Positions 36,752 through 46,073 of a stretch of DNA of 64,000 nucleotides are shown one piece after another. A model generated the notes under the pieces. That model was not told the DNA's origin and did no database searches. It saw only the letters and a program-made list of their open reading frames with translations. The stretch spans positions 463-64,462 of the forward strand of contig JAGOPM010000001.1 in the NCBI GenBank assembly GCA_017991975.1. Direction: 5' to 3'. The stretch comes from Candidatus Parcubacteria bacterium. Lineage in GTDB: Bacteria > Patescibacteriota > Minisyncoccia > Minisyncoccales > JAGOPM01. The position numbers were made by a program, and so were the translations under genes. Positions within the stretch are counted from its first letter, which is position 1. Every line of letters starts with the position of its first letter.

Positions 36752-37012
36752 TTATTCGGAAAGCATAAGGAGTTTTGAATCAACTTTATCTACCGCTCTT
36801 ATCAAGTTGTTTAATCTTTCAAGCTCATCTTTTTTGCCTCTTACTACCAAAGTGATCACAGCGAAACAATCAGAGATACATTGGGGCTGAATATTATATC
36901 CCATTCTGGAAAGGATTATCGAAGAATTTTCAGTAAGTATTTTATTTATTTCATAAGAACTTTTTTCCCTTCCTTTTATCCAAATGCTTATAGTGCCTAT
37001 TATTTGTTCCAT
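36752..37012 (-). CDS. small ACT-like protein resembling the TM1266 family
   Basis: The pattern I.I.I.....S...IN.IL.E....I.SRMG...ITLVV......L..L matches my recollection of that family. No search was run. Confidence 0.5.
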   Translation of the reverse strand: MEQIIGTISIWIKGREKSSYEINKILTENSSIILSRMGYNIQPQCISDCFAVITLVVRGKKDELERLNNLIRAVDKVDSKLLMLSE

Positions 37013-37065
37013 AAAAATAATTTTATTTTTATTTATAAAAAGTTGTTATGGCAAAAATTAAAATA

Positions 37066-37944
37066 TTAATTATTTCTCTGAATATGCCAGGTTTTAATGA
37101 AATAATTAAAGTCTTTAGCAATTATATCAATGGCTTCTTCCCTACTAATTTCCTTTGAAAGATAACTTTTAAGCGACTCAAAAAATATTGTTCTCCCCAC
37201 GGCAAAACCTATTATCTCTTTAAACTGGATGGCATCTTTAAGCCATTTTTTTACTTTTGTTTTTGATCCGGCTCTACCCAAAATTATTATCTTCGACCCC
37301 CTTTTAATACAAGATATTATTCCCTTCCATTGCTCAATTTTAGCGCCTTCCAATTTCCAAACTGCCACATCGACTTCTTTAACAATTTCTTTTATCGCCT
37401 GGGCTGTTTTCTGAGGCCTCACATTCGCATCATATCTCTCGTAGTTCTTGCATATTTTTAAATCGGTTTCTGTAGGAGGAACTAAAAGTTCGAAAATAAG
37501 TTTAAAATTATTCTTTTTACAAAAAACAGAGAGATCTTTCAGTTTTTTAAGCTGAATTTTATTATCCTGAATATTTTCAGGATTATATCTTACTAAAACT
37601 TTTACATAATCAGGATTGGCTTTCTTTATATATTCTCCAAATTTTTTTCCATATTCAAAATCAAATAAATCTTGTCCGCTTTTTTCAACAGGAACGCATG
37701 TCGTTATGCAATTCTTTTTCGCGTCTTTTATTATTTTCGATCCAAATTGCCAATCAACCAGAATTCCAAAATTGTTTTTATCCAAATGTCCTGCTCTGGT
37801 TTTTAAAAAAGCTTCGTAAATAATCTGCTTTAAATCAGATATTTTTTTTGATTGTTCCTTATCCGGCTTTTTTTCGCAGCCAAGTAAATCTTTTACAAAA
37901 GATTTTCTATGATCAAATGGCAGTATGAACAATTGCTTTTCCAT
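37066..37944 (-). CDS. class I aldolase-like TIM-barrel protein (DUF2090/LacD-like)
   Basis: N-terminal FILPFDHR and a central VWKLEG (candidate Schiff-base Lys); 292 aa. Confidence 0.55.
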   Translation of the reverse strand: MEKQLFILPFDHRKSFVKDLLGCEKKPDKEQSKKISDLKQIIYEAFLKTRAGHLDKNNFGILVDWQFGSKIIKDAKKNCITTCVPVEKSGQDLFDFEYGKKFGEYIKKANPDYVKVLVRYNPENIQDNKIQLKKLKDLSVFCKKNNFKLIFELLVPPTETDLKICKNYERYDANVRPQKTAQAIKEIVKEVDVAVWKLEGAKIEQWKGIISCIKRGSKIIILGRAGSKTKVKKWLKDAIQFKEIIGFAVGRTIFFESLKSYLSKEISREEAIDIIAKDFNYFIKTWHIQRNN

Positions 37945-37999
37945 AATATTTCTTTATATACCGATATAATAGCAAAATAATCAAAAATTATGAAATACT

Positions 38000-38029
38000 A
38001 AAAAACAGGAGGAATTCCTCCTGTTTTTT
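38000..38029. terminator. bidirectional terminator
   Basis: Perfect palindrome ACAGGAGGAATTCCTCCTGT between an A-run and a T-run. Confidence 0.75.
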
Positions 38030-38033
38030 AAGA

Positions 38034-38489
38034 TTATTTTTTCTCTTCGTTTTTTTCTTCAGAAGACATCTTCCATAACATAAAAATATTAATCAAAGGT
38101 ATTCCCATCAATATCGCATACCAATTAGGCTTCTTGAGCTTCTCAGCTATTTTCCACCAGAAAAATACAACAATTGCAAAGTATATTGATGAAAATGAAG
38201 GACGCATAGAGAATCCTAAGAAAAAAATAAATCCATAATACCATTTTAATCCCGCCATCTGAGCGATAGCAAAAGAATCAAGCCCAGGTATCCAAGCCAA
38301 CCAAGGTTCTTTGATATTCATCTTTTTGGCTATCTTGTATTTTAGATATCCCGTCACAAAGAAATATGCCAAAGTAACAAAGAACGCTGTCATAGCTATC
38401 ATCCCCAATATTTCCAACAAAACCCAAAAAAATGGATCAACATTGCTATGTTCCAAGAATCTTTGGACTTCAAGATAATTGCATTGCAT
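38034..38489 (-). CDS. small multi-pass membrane protein (151 aa)
   Basis: Four hydrophobic segments and a Glu/Lys-rich tail. Confidence 0.6.
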   Translation of the reverse strand: MQCNYLEVQRFLEHSNVDPFFWVLLEILGMIAMTAFFVTLAYFFVTGYLKYKIAKKMNIKEPWLAWIPGLDSFAIAQMAGLKWYYGFIFFLGFSMRPSFSSIYFAIVVFFWWKIAEKLKKPNWYAILMGIPLINIFMLWKMSSEEKNEEKK

Positions 38490-38586
38490 AATTTTTATTT
38501 ATTATTTTATTGACAATGATATTCTATCAAAAAAAATAATCAAAGGAAATGCCTTTTTCCACTTCTCTTCTTTATTTTTGCCGCCA

Positions 38587-38615
38587 TTGAAAAAATATTT
38601 ATTTTATTGTATAGT
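38587..38615 (+). promoter_or_regulatory. sigma70-type promoter of obg
   Basis: TTGAAA, 17-nt spacer, TATAGT. The -10 box ends 6 nt before ATG 38622. Confidence 0.55.
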
Positions 38616-38621
38616 ATCGAT

Positions 38622-39578
38622 ATGCTTATAGATGAAATAACAATTACTGTAAATGCTGGAAACGGCGGAGATGGAGCCGTGTCTTTTATTAAAAACAAGT
38701 TAGAAAAAGGGCCTGACGGAGGCGATGGAGGAAACGGAGGCAATGTTTACTTCCGGGGAATTTCCGATCTTACTGCCCTACGCCAATTCCAATTTAATAA
38801 AGTTGTTCAAGCGCAAAATGGAGAAAAAGGAAAAGCAAGACATTGCCATGGAGCCAATGGAAACGACATTATAATCCAAGTGCCAGTAGGAACAGTCATT
38901 CATAATTTAGACGAAGAAACAGATCAAGAAATAACCCATATTGGGGAAACTATTATGTTGGCAAAAGGAGGTCGTGGAGGAAAAGGAAATTATTATTTTG
39001 TTTCATCAACCAATAGAAGCCCTAAAGAATTTTATCCTGGCAAACCAGGCCAATCTTTTAAGATAAAACTGGAATTAAAAATGATAGCTGATATTGGATT
39101 AATAGGCTTACCTAACGTTGGAAAATCAAGCCTGTTAAATGAAATGACAAACGCCCAGAGCAAAGTTGCTAATTATCACTTTACTACTCTTCAGCCTCAT
39201 CTTGGAGTTTACAAACATCTTATCTTGGCAGATATTCCAGGATTGATAAAAGGAGCATCTTCAGGGAAAGGGCTCGGAATAAAATTCTTGCGCCATATCG
39301 AAAGGACAAAAATATTGTTCCATTTGATATCAGCTGAATCAAAAACTCCGATTAAAGATTATACAACCATCAGATCAGAATTAAAAAAATACAATCCTGA
39401 ATTATTAAAAAAGCCAGAATATATCCTGGTAAGCAAAAGCGATTTGCTTAATCAAAAAGAATTGAAGACATTTATCGCCAAACTTAAAAGAAAAAATTCT
39501 AAAGTATACAATTTCTCGATTTACGATTACGACAGTTTTGTAAAAGCGTGCCAAATATTAGATAAGATTAAGAAATAA
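38622..39578 (+). CDS. obg: GTPase Obg
   Basis: Gly-rich Obg fold (AGNGGDGAVSF, GGDGGNGG). G1 GLPNVGKSS, G3 DIPGL, G4 SKSD. I use the start MLIDEITI rather than the track's TTG. Confidence 0.92.
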   Translation: MLIDEITITVNAGNGGDGAVSFIKNKLEKGPDGGDGGNGGNVYFRGISDLTALRQFQFNKVVQAQNGEKGKARHCHGANGNDIIIQVPVGTVIHNLDEETDQEITHIGETIMLAKGGRGGKGNYYFVSSTNRSPKEFYPGKPGQSFKIKLELKMIADIGLIGLPNVGKSSLLNEMTNAQSKVANYHFTTLQPHLGVYKHLILADIPGLIKGASSGKGLGIKFLRHIERTKILFHLISAESKTPIKDYTTIRSELKKYNPELLKKPEYILVSKSDLLNQKELKTFIAKLKRKNSKVYNFSIYDYDSFVKACQILDKIKK

Positions 39579-39588
39579 ATTATGTATC

Positions 39589-39626
39589 AAAAAACCGTCC
39601 CGATTTATATCGTGGACGGTTTTTAA
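39589..39626. terminator. bidirectional terminator
   Basis: AAAACCGTCC...GGACGGTTTT long hairpin. Confidence 0.75.
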
Positions 39627-39633
39627 TTTATTA

Positions 39634-40455
39634 TTATTTGATAATTCTTTTGATATCTTTTTTGATACCATAAACAAATTCTGCTCTGTTTCTTTCATCG
39701 CTTCCCTGATATGGAGAAATATAAATTTCCCCGCGATCCTTATAATACGGATCTTTACTAATATAAAGTTCGCTTGCCACTTTTTCTATTGCATCAACTG
39801 CCCTATCAATCTCTGATTCTTCTGAATACGGACTAAGATAAGCTGTCGCTTCTCTTAAACTATCTTTTTGATAGATAGAAAGTTCAAGTTTCCTATCTTT
39901 TACTCCCTTTAATATACCAGAAGTATATTGATAAGCTTTTTGTAAATCATTATTTGAGATGTTTAAACCTGTTAATCCAGAAGAACAACTGTAACCGTTA
40001 CTAATACCCGAATCAGATGCAGAGATAGAACTAGATTCTCCAGTACATACAATAAAAAAAATACTAACAAGAGCATAAAGAAAAACTATAGCAGGAAGAG
40101 CATAAAACCCAACTGCAAAAGTTATTAGAACTATAGCTTTATGCCAACCTGTTTCTAACAAATCAAAATTGCTCGGATCTTCGTATTTTTTTTTCTTCTT
40201 AAATAGTTTTTTGATGGCATTGATAACGCCAGCGCCAAACCATGAAACAAATAAAAATACAGGAATCAGATACATCAATGCCAATCCTCCATATAGCATA
40301 TCATTGCTAAATGATGGCTTGTCTGGTGTCGGGAAAAAACCAAAGGTTGATTCGTGCCCAATTATGGCATACCAAACAGCAAAACTGATTAATGATATTG
40401 CGCCCAATAAAGGCACAAGCCAGATATATAGCATTCTCTTTTTGTAGCTATCCAT
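39634..40455 (-). CDS. membrane protein with C-terminal soluble domain (273 aa)
   Basis: AAAGGAGGG RBS. Four TM helices, then a Ser-rich linker and a roughly 110-aa domain. No family recognised. Confidence 0.65.
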   Translation of the reverse strand: MDSYKKRMLYIWLVPLLGAISLISFAVWYAIIGHESTFGFFPTPDKPSFSNDMLYGGLALMYLIPVFLFVSWFGAGVINAIKKLFKKKKKYEDPSNFDLLETGWHKAIVLITFAVGFYALPAIVFLYALVSIFFIVCTGESSSISASDSGISNGYSCSSGLTGLNISNNDLQKAYQYTSGILKGVKDRKLELSIYQKDSLREATAYLSPYSEESEIDRAVDAIEKVASELYISKDPYYKDRGEIYISPYQGSDERNRAEFVYGIKKDIKRIIK

Positions 40456-40554
40456 TTACCCTCCTTTTAAATTGCTTTTTATATTTAAGCATTTTTAGTG
40501 ATTATTGTCAATGTCGGCAATAAAACACACCGCCAAAAAGCGGTGCGATATTTG

Positions 40555-40625
40555 TTGCCGGACTAGGATTCGAACCTAGATAATCGCCTCCAAAGGGCGG
40601 TGTCCTACCATTAGACGATCCGGCA
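40555..40625 (-). tRNA. tRNA-Gln (anticodon UUG)
   Basis: Cloverleaf folded by hand. U1-A72 acceptor pair typical of bacterial tRNA-Gln, anticodon loop CUUUGGA, T-arm CTAGG-TTCGAAT-CCTAG. CCA is not encoded. A hairpin terminator lies at 40520-40547. Confidence 0.9.
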
Positions 40626-40668
40626 ATACAATGCCAGCATTTAGCTGGCAATGATATTATTTTATATC

Positions 40669-41778
40669 CTATTTTTCCTGTTTTGGCAACTCTATCAATT
40701 CAATAATTGCCAATTCTAAAGGAAGTTGCGGAATTGGAGAAAATTTTATTCCATTTTTCGCCTCCATGAACACATTCAAAGCTTTATGCAAAAAAGCTTC
40801 TTTTGTTTCTTTTATTGTTTCATTTAATTGAATTATATCCTCTTTAGTCAAATTAGCCATCAAAGGATTTATCAATGATTTATCTATTTTTAAAAGCAAT
40901 GCTTGTCTGAGATAATTTATTAAATCATTGGAAAATTCATGAGGATCATATCCTTTATCAAAAACCGAATTCAAGTATTCAATCGATTTTTTCGTTTCCC
41001 CTTTAACTAAAAATCCAAAAAATTCTGCTAGCACTTTCACATCAACCAATCCTAAAAGATTTTTTATATCTTCAGCTTTGATATTTTCCTTCCCTCCAAA
41101 AGCCGCTGCCTGCGCCAAAAGGACTTGAGCATCTCTAACTGATCCTTGTGAATTTGAAGCAATAAGTTCTAAAGCATCGTCTTCTATTTTTATTTTTTCC
41201 GCCTTGGCAACTTCTTTTAATCTTTTAAGCGTATCAGTCACTGAAACTTTCCTAAAATCAAATCTCTGGCATCTGGAAATTATCGTAGGAATCATCTTAT
41301 GGATTTCAGTAGTTGCTAATATGAAAATCGCATGTCCAGGTGGTTCTTCTAAAGTTTTAAGTAAAGCATTAGCTGCATCTTTGGAAAGCTGATGACATTC
41401 ATCGATTATTAAAACTTTATATTTTAAATTTGTTGGAGAATATTTTATTCCTTCTCTTAACTCTCTTATATCGTCTATCCCTCTGTTTGACGCAGCATCA
41501 ATTTCAATTATGTCCACTGCGCTTCCTTTATTTATTGCCAAACAATTGGCGCATTTATTGCAAGGTTCCACTCCGTCCGGATTCAAACAGTTTACCGCCT
41601 TAGCTAAGACTCTAGCAGCAGTCGTCTTTCCCACTCCTCTCGGACCGCAAAAAAGATAAGCATGCGCAACCATGTTTTTTTTGATCGAGTTACTCAATGT
41701 AAAAACTATTTCTTCCTGTCCGGCAATCTCATCAAACCTTTTCGGTCTGTATTTTCTATACAAGCTCAAATTCTCCAT
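40669..41778 (-). CDS. dnaX: DNA polymerase III gamma/tau subunit
   Basis: LYRKYRP, GPRGVGKTT, DECHQL and SRCQRF motifs. At 369 aa it is gamma-length. Confidence 0.92.
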   Translation of the reverse strand: MENLSLYRKYRPKRFDEIAGQEEIVFTLSNSIKKNMVAHAYLFCGPRGVGKTTAARVLAKAVNCLNPDGVEPCNKCANCLAINKGSAVDIIEIDAASNRGIDDIRELREGIKYSPTNLKYKVLIIDECHQLSKDAANALLKTLEEPPGHAIFILATTEIHKMIPTIISRCQRFDFRKVSVTDTLKRLKEVAKAEKIKIEDDALELIASNSQGSVRDAQVLLAQAAAFGGKENIKAEDIKNLLGLVDVKVLAEFFGFLVKGETKKSIEYLNSVFDKGYDPHEFSNDLINYLRQALLLKIDKSLINPLMANLTKEDIIQLNETIKETKEAFLHKALNVFMEAKNGIKFSPIPQLPLELAIIELIELPKQEK

Positions 41779-41781
41779 AAA

Positions 41782-42405
41782 TTATTTTTTGAAAACTAAA
41801 AATTTGTATCCCAAGAAATTCCACATGAAGACTATTATTGATGCCAAGAAATCCGCGCTTACATTCCAAGCTTCATGCGTAAGTCCAGCTATCGGAGCAA
41901 CGCCTTTCGCAATAAAAGAAGATATTCCGACTTTTAAAAGATATCCAACTATCGTGACTGTATAAAACTTTACAGCCTCGCCTACTTTATCTTGAGTATC
42001 TTTTTTTTCAAACGACCAGAACTTATTCCATAAAAAACTATTTGTTGAAGAAACTAAAAACGAAACTGTCACCATTATCGGATAAAATTGCTTAACTACC
42101 ATACCTCCAAAAAATCTTTGAAGCAATTCTATTGTTCCCATGTCTATCATTACATTGGAACTTCCCACTAAAAGAAATTTTGCAAATTGCCAAATCGAAG
42201 AAATTTTTTGCGCAATAATACTGGCAAGTTTTATTCCAACTACTGCCAATATCGGAGCTAATAACCAGATCCACGAAATTATCTGCCCAAGTAATGGATA
42301 TGCTGAAAGCTTCAAAGCAAATCTCGGAGCTATCATCATCAAAACAATTGCATCTATTTCAGCTACTATCGCTGCGAAAATATAATCTCTTTTTGTTATT
42401 TGCAT
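41782..42405 (-). CDS. GtrA-family membrane protein with N-terminal extension
   Basis: The C-terminal four-helix region begins KFLLVGSSNVMIDMG, which is GtrA-like. Two extra N-terminal helices. Confidence 0.7.
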   Translation of the reverse strand: MQITKRDYIFAAIVAEIDAIVLMMIAPRFALKLSAYPLLGQIISWIWLLAPILAVVGIKLASIIAQKISSIWQFAKFLLVGSSNVMIDMGTIELLQRFFGGMVVKQFYPIMVTVSFLVSSTNSFLWNKFWSFEKKDTQDKVGEAVKFYTVTIVGYLLKVGISSFIAKGVAPIAGLTHEAWNVSADFLASIIVFMWNFLGYKFLVFKK

Positions 42406-42571
42406 ATTTTAAAAATTTTTATTATTGCCCCATTAGACTAGGGCTGATTTATTTTATTTATATCATCTTAGCTAAAAGCAAAATTAAACCGCAAACTAAT
42501 TTTAACAAAGCAAATCCTATTGGGCAAGAAGCCTTTTATTTAAAAGAAAAAATAAGCTGTGAAAAACTCGC

Positions 42572-42599
42572 TTGACCAAATAACTGACCATGATAAAAT
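42572..42599 (+). promoter_or_regulatory. promoter with extended -10
   Basis: TTGACC (42572-77), 16-nt spacer, TG-n-TAAAAT (42591-99). Confidence 0.55.
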
Positions 42600-42605
42600 A
42601 TAAAT

Positions 42606-42776
42606 AGATCTTTACCAATTAACTTTCGCTCGATAGTCCTTCGCCAAAAACGAAGAACTTAAAAGCTGTGTACATATACACACGAATATCCCAGACATTT
42701 ATAGCACATTTTATTTTCATAGCACATTCAACCCAACAAGAAGAGAGTACAAAACGTACCCTCTTCTTTATTTTTA
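42606..42776 (+). ncRNA. candidate cysS 5' leader / attenuator RNA (about 170 nt)
   Basis: Runs from the predicted TSS to an intrinsic terminator 60 nt before the cysS ATG. It contains hairpins and a 10-nt direct repeat ATAGCACATT x2. No ORF and no independent cysS promoter follow. Confidence 0.45.
42738..42776 (+). terminator. strong intrinsic terminator upstream of cysS
   Basis: AAGAAGAGAGTAC-AAAAC-GTACCCTCTTCTT (13-bp stem, 1 mismatch) followed by TATTTTT. Confidence 0.8.
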
Positions 42777-42836
42777 TAAAAGGCATCTACCTCTTTTTTT
42801 TATTTTAAAAAATCTATATGATGAACTTAAGAAAAT

Positions 42837-44216
42837 ATGCTTAAGCTATACAATACAAAAACTAGAAAAATAGAAGAATTCAATCCAATTAAAAAAGACC
42901 AAGTAGGATTATATACTTGCGGACCAACTGTTTATTGGTTTGCGCACATCGGAAATTTGCGTACATATATTTTTGAAGATATATTAAAACGCGTTTTAAT
43001 TTTTAACGGATATAATGTTGTGCATGTCATGAATATTACAGATGTTGGACACTTAACATCAGACTCTGATACTGGCGAAGACAAATTAGAAAAAGGAGCA
43101 AAACGCGAAGGCAAAACAGTTTGGGATATTGCGGAATTTTATACTAATGCATTTTTAAGAGATATAGCGTTACTAAATATTTTGAAACCTGATGTTTTAG
43201 TAAAAGCTACTGATACAATACAAGATCAAATTAATTTTATTTTAGAATTAGAAAAAAAAGGCTTTACTTACAAAATCGATGATGGAATTTATTTTGATAC
43301 TTCCAAACTTCCAACTTATGGCAAACTCTGGCCCAATAAAATGGAATTAAAATCTGGAACCAGAGTCGAGCTGACTGAGCAGAAAAAAAATCCTGCAGAC
43401 TTCGCTTTATGGAAATTTTCTCCAAAAGACGAAAAGAGACAAATGGAATGGAATTCGCCTTGGGGGGTTGGATTTCCTGGATGGCATACTGAATGTGTAG
43501 TAATGTCTATGAAATATTTAAATATTCCTTTCGATATCCATTGTGGAGGGATTGACCATGTGTTAATCCATCATACAAATGAAATTGCTCAATGCGAAGC
43601 CGCCACTGGAAAAGACTTGGCTAATTTTTGGATGCACGGCGAACATCTCATACTAAAAGATGGCAAGATGGCAAAATCAGAAGGCAATATAATTTTAATA
43701 GAAACGATAAAAGAAAAAAGATTAAACGAACTATCTTTTAGATATTTGTGCTTAACTACCCATTATAGATCTACTATTACATTTTCCTGGGAATCGCTTG
43801 AGGCATCAAACAATGCCTTAGACTCTTTGTATTCAAAAATTAAAATTCTTAAAAATGATACCTCACCAATTGACCAAAAAGAGTTTGACGCAAATTTAAA
43901 AGAATTTACAGAAATTATTAATAATGATTTAGATACCCCGCAGGCTTTAGCCTTTATTTGGGATATGCTTAAAAAAGAAATTTCTGATTCTACTAAATAC
44001 GCTTTATTATTAGAAGCAGATAAAATATTTGATTTAGGGTTTAATAATATAAAGGAAGATGATATTCCGCAAGAAATTATTGATATAGCAAATCAACGCC
44101 TTGATTATAGGGCTAAAAAAGATTGGGCAATGTCTGATAAGTTAAGAGATCAAGCCAAAACGAAAGGATATCTTATAGAAGATACGACTGAAAGTTTTAA
44201 AATTTCAAAAATATAA
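42837..44216 (+). CDS. cysS: cysteinyl-tRNA synthetase
   Basis: MLKLYNT start, CGPTVYWFAHIGNLR (HIGH region), KMAKSEGN (KMSKS). Confidence 0.95.
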   Translation: MLKLYNTKTRKIEEFNPIKKDQVGLYTCGPTVYWFAHIGNLRTYIFEDILKRVLIFNGYNVVHVMNITDVGHLTSDSDTGEDKLEKGAKREGKTVWDIAEFYTNAFLRDIALLNILKPDVLVKATDTIQDQINFILELEKKGFTYKIDDGIYFDTSKLPTYGKLWPNKMELKSGTRVELTEQKKNPADFALWKFSPKDEKRQMEWNSPWGVGFPGWHTECVVMSMKYLNIPFDIHCGGIDHVLIHHTNEIAQCEAATGKDLANFWMHGEHLILKDGKMAKSEGNIILIETIKEKRLNELSFRYLCLTTHYRSTITFSWESLEASNNALDSLYSKIKILKNDTSPIDQKEFDANLKEFTEIINNDLDTPQALAFIWDMLKKEISDSTKYALLLEADKIFDLGFNNIKEDDIPQEIIDIANQRLDYRAKKDWAMSDKLRDQAKTKGYLIEDTTESFKISKI

Positions 44217-44293
44217 ATAATAACCGTCAAAAAAAATATTCGCAGGCAATTCGTATCAATCTTTTTGATAATATCTTCGATTTTTTGTCAATT

Positions 44294-44323
44294 TTGACTT
44301 TAATCGGCACTTTGCCCTATCAT
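44294..44323 (+). promoter_or_regulatory. sigma70-type promoter of dnaB
   Basis: TTGACT, 18-nt spacer, TATCAT. The -10 box ends 6 nt before ATG 44330. Confidence 0.5.
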
Positions 44324-44329
44324 TAGTGT

Positions 44330-45712
44330 ATGGCAGACAAAAACAAATTACCTCCTCAAAACTTAGAAGCTGAACAATCAGTGTTAGGCTGTTTAATGAT
44401 GGATAGAAATTCTCTAGTTAAAGTAGTCGATTTTTTAAAAGCCGAAGATTTTTATAAAGGATCACATCAAAAAATATATTCTGCTATGCTGGAACTATTT
44501 GAGAAAGGAGAACCTATAGATATACTTTCGGTTTCAAATACTCTGAATGAAAAAGATCAACTTCAAGAAATAGGAGGCCAAAGTTATTTGACTGAACTCA
44601 TAAATTCAGTGCCTAATGCCTTACATGTAAAAAATTATGCAGACACTGTCAAAAAGAAAAAAATCTTAAGAGATTTAATAGAAGCTTCGTACCAGATTGG
44701 AGAAATGGGACATGATGAAGCAAAAGAAACTGATGAATTAGTCGACGAAGCGGAAAAATGCATTTTCAGAATAGCCCAAGGATCGTTAAAACAAAAATTC
44801 ACTCCTATTCATACAATGTTAGGAGAAGCTTTTGACAGATTTGATAGAATATCCAAACACGACGGATCGATACGCGGAGTAACTACTGGATTCAAAGCAT
44901 TAGATGATAAGCTCTCAGGATTGCAAAAATCGGATTTAATAATTCTTGCTGCCCGACCGAGTTTGGGAAAAACAAGCCTTGCGTTGGATATTGCCAGAAA
45001 CGCAGCTGTTAAAAGCAAAATACCTGTAGGAATATTTTCATTGGAAATGTCTACCGAGCAGATCGTGGACAGATTTATAGCTGCTCAAGCTCATGTTGAT
45101 CTTTGGAAATTAAGGACCGGAAAATTAGGAAAAGACGATATTACTAAAATACAGCATGCTTTAGAAAATTTATCTGGAGCTCCAATTTTTATAAACGATA
45201 CTCCAGCGCTTAATCCTATCCAAATGAAAGCTATGGCCAGACGCTTGCAAGCTGAACACGGCCTTGGATTGATTGTCATCGATTATCTGCAATTAATGGA
45301 TTCTAATAATAAAATAGCAAGCATCGTTCAACAAGTAAGCGAAATGTCCCGTGGATTAAAAATTTTAGCAAGAGAATTAAATGTCCCAATTCTGGCGCTT
45401 TCCCAGCTTTCCAGAGCAGTAGAACAAAGAATACCTCCTATTCCAAAACTTTCAGATTTAAGAGAATCAGGATCTTTGGAACAGGATGCCGATGTTGTCT
45501 TATTCATTTATAGAGAGAAAAATAAACAAGGAATTTTTGAAACTAATGAAGCAGAAATTATCATAGCAAAACACAGAAACGGACCAGTCGGTAAAGCCGA
45601 TCTGTTCTTCTCTCAAGAAACAGCATCATTCGGAAATCTTGATAGGATTACTCAAATACCTCAAGATATTCAAGAAGAAGGATTTGGATTTGCAAATTAT
45701 GAAGAAATGTAA
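44330..45712 (+). CDS. dnaB: replicative DNA helicase DnaB
   Basis: PPQNLEAEQSVLG N-terminus, Walker A ARPSLGKTS, RecA-like C-terminal domain. Confidence 0.95.
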   Translation: MADKNKLPPQNLEAEQSVLGCLMMDRNSLVKVVDFLKAEDFYKGSHQKIYSAMLELFEKGEPIDILSVSNTLNEKDQLQEIGGQSYLTELINSVPNALHVKNYADTVKKKKILRDLIEASYQIGEMGHDEAKETDELVDEAEKCIFRIAQGSLKQKFTPIHTMLGEAFDRFDRISKHDGSIRGVTTGFKALDDKLSGLQKSDLIILAARPSLGKTSLALDIARNAAVKSKIPVGIFSLEMSTEQIVDRFIAAQAHVDLWKLRTGKLGKDDITKIQHALENLSGAPIFINDTPALNPIQMKAMARRLQAEHGLGLIVIDYLQLMDSNNKIASIVQQVSEMSRGLKILARELNVPILALSQLSRAVEQRIPPIPKLSDLRESGSLEQDADVVLFIYREKNKQGIFETNEAEIIIAKHRNGPVGKADLFFSQETASFGNLDRITQIPQDIQEEGFGFANYEEM

Positions 45713-45715
45713 AAC

Positions 45716-45746
45716 TAAAAACTCCCCTTTATCAGGGGAGTTTTTA
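45716..45746. terminator. bidirectional terminator
   Basis: AAAACTCCCC-TTTATCA-GGGGAGTTTTT. Confidence 0.8.
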
Positions 45747-45754
45747 GTTAATCT

Positions 45755-46066
45755 TTATTTTGATAAAATATCAACTATTTGAACTTCTGTGAAAGGTTGC
45801 CTATGGCCTTTTTTAACTTGATATCTTGTTTTTGATTTATATTTCAAAACTGTCACTTTTTTGGCCCTGTCTTGTTTTGTAATTTTAGCCGTTACTTTAG
45901 CTTCAGAAATCATCGGGTTCCCGACTTCAATCTTTCCATCTTTTTCAATTAACAAAACATCTAAGAATTCGATATTCTCATCTTTTGACTCAAGTTTTTC
46001 AACTCTTAATTTTTGATTCGGAGCAACAATGTATTGTTTTCCTCCTGTTTTTATTACTGCAAACAT
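45755..46066 (-). CDS. rplU: ribosomal protein L21
   Basis: MFAVIKTGGKQY... is the canonical L21 start; 103 aa. Confidence 0.93.
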   Translation of the reverse strand: MFAVIKTGGKQYIVAPNQKLRVEKLESKDENIEFLDVLLIEKDGKIEVGNPMISEAKVTAKITKQDRAKKVTVLKYKSKTRYQVKKGHRQPFTEVQIVDILSK

Positions 46067-46073
46067 ATGTTTA

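Noticed and set aside
42294-42575. 93-aa + strand ORF.
   Set aside because: It is antisense to the gtrA-like gene start and then runs through promoter DNA. It has no RBS and a low-complexity product.
42606-42776. Classical T-box riboswitch for cysS.
   Set aside because: No UGG(N) acceptor-binding bulge, no conserved T-box 14-mer and no obvious specifier-loop architecture were found on the + strand. It is kept only as an unclassified leader.
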